Virus record (IMG/VR): IMGVR_UViG_3300032212_000017
Coordinates: 1 to 49,843 of that record
Length of the DNA stretch: 49,843 nt
Reading direction: 5' to 3' (one strand)
Source: a virus
Taxonomy: Duplodnaviria > Caudoviricetes
Shown here: positions 46,411 through 49,843 of the stretch, one piece after another
Position numbering within the stretch: position 1 is the first letter of the stretch
Layout: every line of letters starts with the position of its first letter
Position numbers and translations under genes: made by a program
The notes under the pieces: generated by a model
Database searches by the model: none
What the model saw: only the letters and a program-made list of their open reading frames with translations
Told to the model about the DNA's origin: nothing

Positions 46411-48593
46411 TGCCTAATCCATTCCAATACCCTGTCTTTACAGCTCGTCACCCTACAACTAACGTACCTTTAGCTGGTGGTAAGGTGTACTTCTATGACG
46501 CTGGTACAACTGACCTTAAAGATACGTACTCAGACAGCGTATTACAGACAGCTAATACTAACCCTGTTATCTTAGATGCTAACGGTGAAGCGGATATCTA
46601 CCTCTCTGGCTCGTACAAGGTTAAGTTAACCCAGTCCGATAATACGCAAGTGTGGGTGTATGATAATATCACAGCTATCGAGGAGTTGTCTGAGTGGACT
46701 ATTCTAGGTGCAGCTACGTATGTATCAGCTACATCTTTTACAGTCTCTGGTGATCAGACAGCTGTACTGCATCCAGGTAGACGTGTTAAACTAGCTGACT
46801 CAAGTACCTTGTACGGTACTATTTCAACTTCTGTGTACGGTATACTTACAACTGTGACTGTTACACTTGATTCAGGAAGTATCACTAACTCATTAACATC
46901 TTGCTCTTACGGTATTATTTCAGCTGATAATACATCCATTGGATTCTTACCGTCAGGTACAGGAGCGATTGGTCGTTCTTTGGATAATAAATTATCTGAT
47001 TTCCTTTCTGTTAAAGATTTTGGTGTCACAGGTGACGGAGTAACTGATGACACAACTGCTTTACAAGTGGCTTTAGATGCTGCTATAGACCTTAAAAAAC
47101 CATTGTATGTACCGTCTGGAACTTATATCGTATCTTCTACTTTGAATTGGATACGTACCGGTGACGATTTTCCACCATTAATTTTAATAGGTGACGGAGT
47201 AGAGTCAACCATTTTTACTAATAAAGTAAGTGGTGGTGCTATGTTGTTTATTAATGGAGGTCAATCAGGTACAGACTTTATACGAGGATCTAAGCTAGAA
47301 GCGTTTTCAATCAAAGGTGATGGGGCTGCTACAACATCGGATGGTATTTACCTATCAGGTTGTTGGCAGACTCAGATGATGAGGGTAAGTATTAACTCGT
47401 TATCTGGTACAGCGGTATCTATAGGTGGATTGACTGGGCAAAATCCTGATAATACAGCTACAGCTAATACATTAATATCTAATTGTAACCTAGATTCTAA
47501 TGCGAAAGGCTTAGTCAGCGAGGTAAATAACAATACTCCTAATTTAAGTATTCTAGAATCCTCTATACGGAATAATAGCTTATCAGGTATTGAATACAAC
47601 TCTTCTTATCTGACTGTTAGAGATTCAAGCGTATCTTTTAATGGATTATCAAATCAAGCAAGTGCGGTAGGGGGTATCACTATTGAACAACAAGATGGTG
47701 CAAACTACCGATGTAAAGGGCTTCTCATAGAAAGAACCGAGCTTGATTCTAATTACCCTCACCAGGTTAAGATAACAGCGGCAGAGCTACCTGTCTTAAA
47801 AGCGTGTTCTATACAGATGAGCGACCAGTACGTGACGCTTACATCAGGTATGCCACCATCACAAATAATACTAGGTGGTACAGCTACAGATGAGCGTGTA
47901 TGGGGACCGGTTGTCAAGGATTGCAGATTATCTGTAAACAACACCACCCCTGTTGCGTGGAATTCTCATGTGTTCTTTAAGTTATTTGATGGATGTGTTG
48001 GTGCGAAACTGGAACACTTCATGTTTAATTTCAGCGATTCAGGGACTGGTCTTGGTACTAATTATTTCTACATCTCAGAAGATGCAAAAGCAGGGGGTAA
48101 TCACTCTGCGTATGATAGCAGAAAGTATTACGTGGACTATGATCAGCCGATTTTAAGCTACCCTACAGGTAGTCTTAACGATACAGCTATTGCTGTTCAA
48201 TACCCTAAATCGTTTGCTAGGAATAACTTCACACTGAATCATGGCAGTGCTGTAGATGATGATACGGCAATAATCATACCAACACCAGATAATGAGACTA
48301 ATGGTGGTAATTATGGTTCGATAGTGATTACTATAGCAGGTAATGCAGCGTATAGTGGAATCATTGGATACAGGGGCGAGAGTTCACCAGCTTGTTATAT
48401 CATAGCAGGTGCTGCATCTATAACAGTTACTACAGGTGTATTAACTGGCACTACAGGTGTAGATACTGAACTGACAGTCTCCGCACACTCTGATGGAAAC
48501 CTATATATTGAAAACAGACTAGGCTCTACGCAGAATGTACAGGTTACATTTTTAATGAGCACAGGATTTTATGACCAGATTACTTATGATTGA
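46410..48593 (+). CDS. Tailspike with pectate-lyase-3/beta-helix depolymerase domain
   Basis: GTG start at 46410; PLAGGKVYFYDAGT...NPVILDANGE; SVKDFGVTGDGVTDDTTALQ...LYVPSGTY followed by beta-helix repeats. Confidence 0.88.
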   Translation: MPNPFQYPVFTARHPTTNVPLAGGKVYFYDAGTTDLKDTYSDSVLQTANTNPVILDANGEADIYLSGSYKVKLTQSDNTQVWVYDNITAIEELSEWTILGAATYVSATSFTVSGDQTAVLHPGRRVKLADSSTLYGTISTSVYGILTTVTVTLDSGSITNSLTSCSYGIISADNTSIGFLPSGTGAIGRSLDNKLSDFLSVKDFGVTGDGVTDDTTALQVALDAAIDLKKPLYVPSGTYIVSSTLNWIRTGDDFPPLILIGDGVESTIFTNKVSGGAMLFINGGQSGTDFIRGSKLEAFSIKGDGAATTSDGIYLSGCWQTQMMRVSINSLSGTAVSIGGLTGQNPDNTATANTLISNCNLDSNAKGLVSEVNNNTPNLSILESSIRNNSLSGIEYNSSYLTVRDSSVSFNGLSNQASAVGGITIEQQDGANYRCKGLLIERTELDSNYPHQVKITAAELPVLKACSIQMSDQYVTLTSGMPPSQIILGGTATDERVWGPVVKDCRLSVNNTTPVAWNSHVFFKLFDGCVGAKLEHFMFNFSDSGTGLGTNYFYISEDAKAGGNHSAYDSRKYYVDYDQPILSYPTGSLNDTAIAVQYPKSFARNNFTLNHGSAVDDDTAIIIPTPDNETNGGNYGSIVITIAGNAAYSGIIGYRGESSPACYIIAGAASITVTTGVLTGTTGVDTELTVSAHSDGNLYIENRLGSTQNVQVTFLMSTGFYDQITYD

Positions 48594-48710
48594 TGTACTG
48601 TACGAGAGGTTTGTATGAGTTTGATATCAATAATACCATCCTTAGTACGGTCGTGAGATAAAACTTCACTCCCTTTGAATAAATCTAGGATCTGAATTAA
48701 GAGGTTTAAA

Positions 48711-49115
48711 ATGAATTTATTTTCCTTAATTGGTAGTATCTTTGAACCAGCTACTAAGCTGATTGATAATCTACACACATCAGAAGAAGAGCGTCTTGAG
48801 ATAAAAATGAAGATGTTTGAAGTTCAAATGGAAGCAGCTAAACAAGCTCAGGAATACGAGTCTCAGTTATTAAAAGCTAAGACAGATATTATTACAGCTG
48901 AAGCTAAAGGCGGGAGCTGGATACAACGTAACTGGCGACCTGTGACGATGCTTACATTCCTTGTATTAGTTGTCCTTGATGCACTAGGTATTTTACCTAA
49001 TCCTCTAGCGGAACAGGCATGGACTTTATTACAAATCGGACTCGGTGGTTATGTGGTTGGTCGTTCAGTAGAAAAAGTTACTCCTACTATTACGAAAGCG
49101 ATGCGTAAAGATTAG
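48711..49115 (+). CDS. Holin (3TM/GTA-holin family)
   Basis: LID.LHTSEEE...EA...SW....WRP...LGGYV.GRS.EK. Confidence 0.8.
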   Translation: MNLFSLIGSIFEPATKLIDNLHTSEEERLEIKMKMFEVQMEAAKQAQEYESQLLKAKTDIITAEAKGGSWIQRNWRPVTMLTFLVLVVLDALGILPNPLAEQAWTLLQIGLGGYVVGRSVEKVTPTITKAMRKD

Positions 49116-49117
49116 AC

Positions 49118-49141
49118 AAAAAGAAGGGAGCCGAAGCTCCC
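49118..49141 (-). terminator. Rho-independent terminator of the left arm
   Basis: Minus strand reads GGGAGC-TTCG-GCTCCC followed by TTCTTTTT. Confidence 0.85.
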
Positions 49142-49172
49142 GAAGATTTGTGGGATGATTAATATTTTAACC

Positions 49173-49194
49173 AGGCCGCGTAAGCGGTCTTTTT
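49173..49194 (+). terminator. Rho-independent terminator of the right arm
   Basis: AGGCCGC-GTAA-GCGGTCT followed by TTTT. Confidence 0.8.
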
Positions 49195-49199
49195 ATGTC

Positions 49200-49463
49200 T
49201 CATTTAAACTTCCTCGCATGGTGACTACACTTCCCGTTAGTATTCCATTTACTGCATCGATGAAAGTACCTATCCTCGTATTCCAATCCGATATCTCTTG
49301 AGCTTATAGCTCCATCCTCAATCTGTATTCGACCAAGAATGAAATTAAAAACCTCTTTTGCTACAGAATGTTTTCCTGTACATATGTGCTCAACAGCTCC
49401 TTTCTGCCTTGCACAAAAAGCACACGTAACACAACTTTTATCCATTAACTCTTCAACACTCAT
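49200..49463 (-). CDS. Cys-rich hypothetical protein
   Basis: CVTCAFC...C...N..GKC; GGAGG RBS. Confidence 0.6.
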   Translation of the reverse strand: MSVEELMDKSCVTCAFCARQKGAVEHICTGKHSVAKEVFNFILGRIQIEDGAISSRDIGLEYEDRYFHRCSKWNTNGKCSHHARKFK

Positions 49464-49471
49464 ACACCCTC

Positions 49472-49843
49472 CTAATAAAAGAAATCTCTACGCTCAAGTC
49501 CAATATCAACTCGTCTGTCAATATGAAGGAACTGCTTATCTACATTCAGTCCAACGCTCCACCCTAATTCCCTCGCTAGATGATGTAACTTCCCTCGATC
49601 TGTCCCATCCATCCCTCTGATACTTATATCCACAGCTAAAGTCCCTACTCCCCCTCTCGCCTCGTTCTGTGTAAGATGCAGAGACCTAGGATGTCCTCCT
49701 ATAGCCTCGTTATGTGCGGGCGATCTACAGCAGCTGTTAATAGTCATCGGCTTATCCCACCTGAACCTTAACCGAGCAAGTTCTTCTAGGAAGTCAGGAT
49801 GGAACCGCATTGTCCCACTGCCTTGGCATTTCAGCTCTCCTGC
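49472..49843 (-). CDS. Peptidase M15 (Zn peptidase) endolysin, 3' part
   Basis: INSCCRSPAHN..IGG.PRSLH...AVDI...FLHID. Confidence 0.85.
   Translation of the reverse strand, partial: AGELKCQGSGTMRFHPDFLEELARLRFRWDKPMTINSCCRSPAHNEAIGGHPRSLHLTQNEARGGVGTLAVDISIRGMDGTDRGKLHHLARELGWSVGLNVDKQFLHIDRRVDIGLERRDFFY
49660..49843. repeat. Terminal direct repeat (circular assembly overlap), right copy
   Basis: Matches 1-184 with a single synonymous mismatch. Confidence 0.95.

Noticed and set aside
46410-48710. Diversity-generating retroelement targeting the tailspike
   Set aside because: No reverse transcriptase and no TR/VR repeat pair were seen.
1-49843. Alternative genetic code (stop-codon reassignment)
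   Set aside because: Long core genes are uninterrupted under code 11 and TAA, TAG and TGA all end genes; only one in-frame stop was found.
1-49843. Apparent excess of AGCT and GTAC as methyltransferase target sites
   Set aside because: This is an impression only and was not counted; it is plausibly due to GCT/GGT/ACA codon preference and needs a Markov-model k-mer test.

Overview
The window is an essentially complete, circularly assembled ~49.66 kb tailed-phage genome; bases 1-184 repeat at 49660-49843 with one mismatch. It looks like a lytic podovirus, with no recognisable integrase, repressor or RNA polymerase. Two gene arms diverge from a ~0.9 kb non-coding region (22660-23537) and converge on back-to-back terminators at ~49120-49195. 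The minus arm holds many small early genes, a DPPY methyltransferase, a T7 gp4-like primase-helicase, a family A DNA polymerase split into three ORFs, an SSB, two exonucleases, an endonuclease VII, a class II ribonucleotide reductase interrupted by a 175-nt group I intron, and a peptidase M15 endolysin. The plus arm holds an Ntn-hydrolase, terminase subunits, portal, GroES, scaffold, capsid, decoration proteins, P22-like tail and ejection proteins, a tailspike and a holin. The main unusual observations are (1) an 81-aa stand-alone copy of the terminase ATPase Walker B region with a broken motif, a possible decoy; (2) a very compact, endonuclease-free group I intron in the RNR catalytic Cys codon; (3) an intron-less three-piece DNA polymerase; (4) two sigmaE-type promoters heading the late arm, each followed by structured non-coding sequence; (5) a Cys-variant S74 autocleavage domain on an ejection protein; and (6) a DUF3310 gene with an in-frame TAA. 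All family assignments are by eye from motifs and synteny; no database searches were run.
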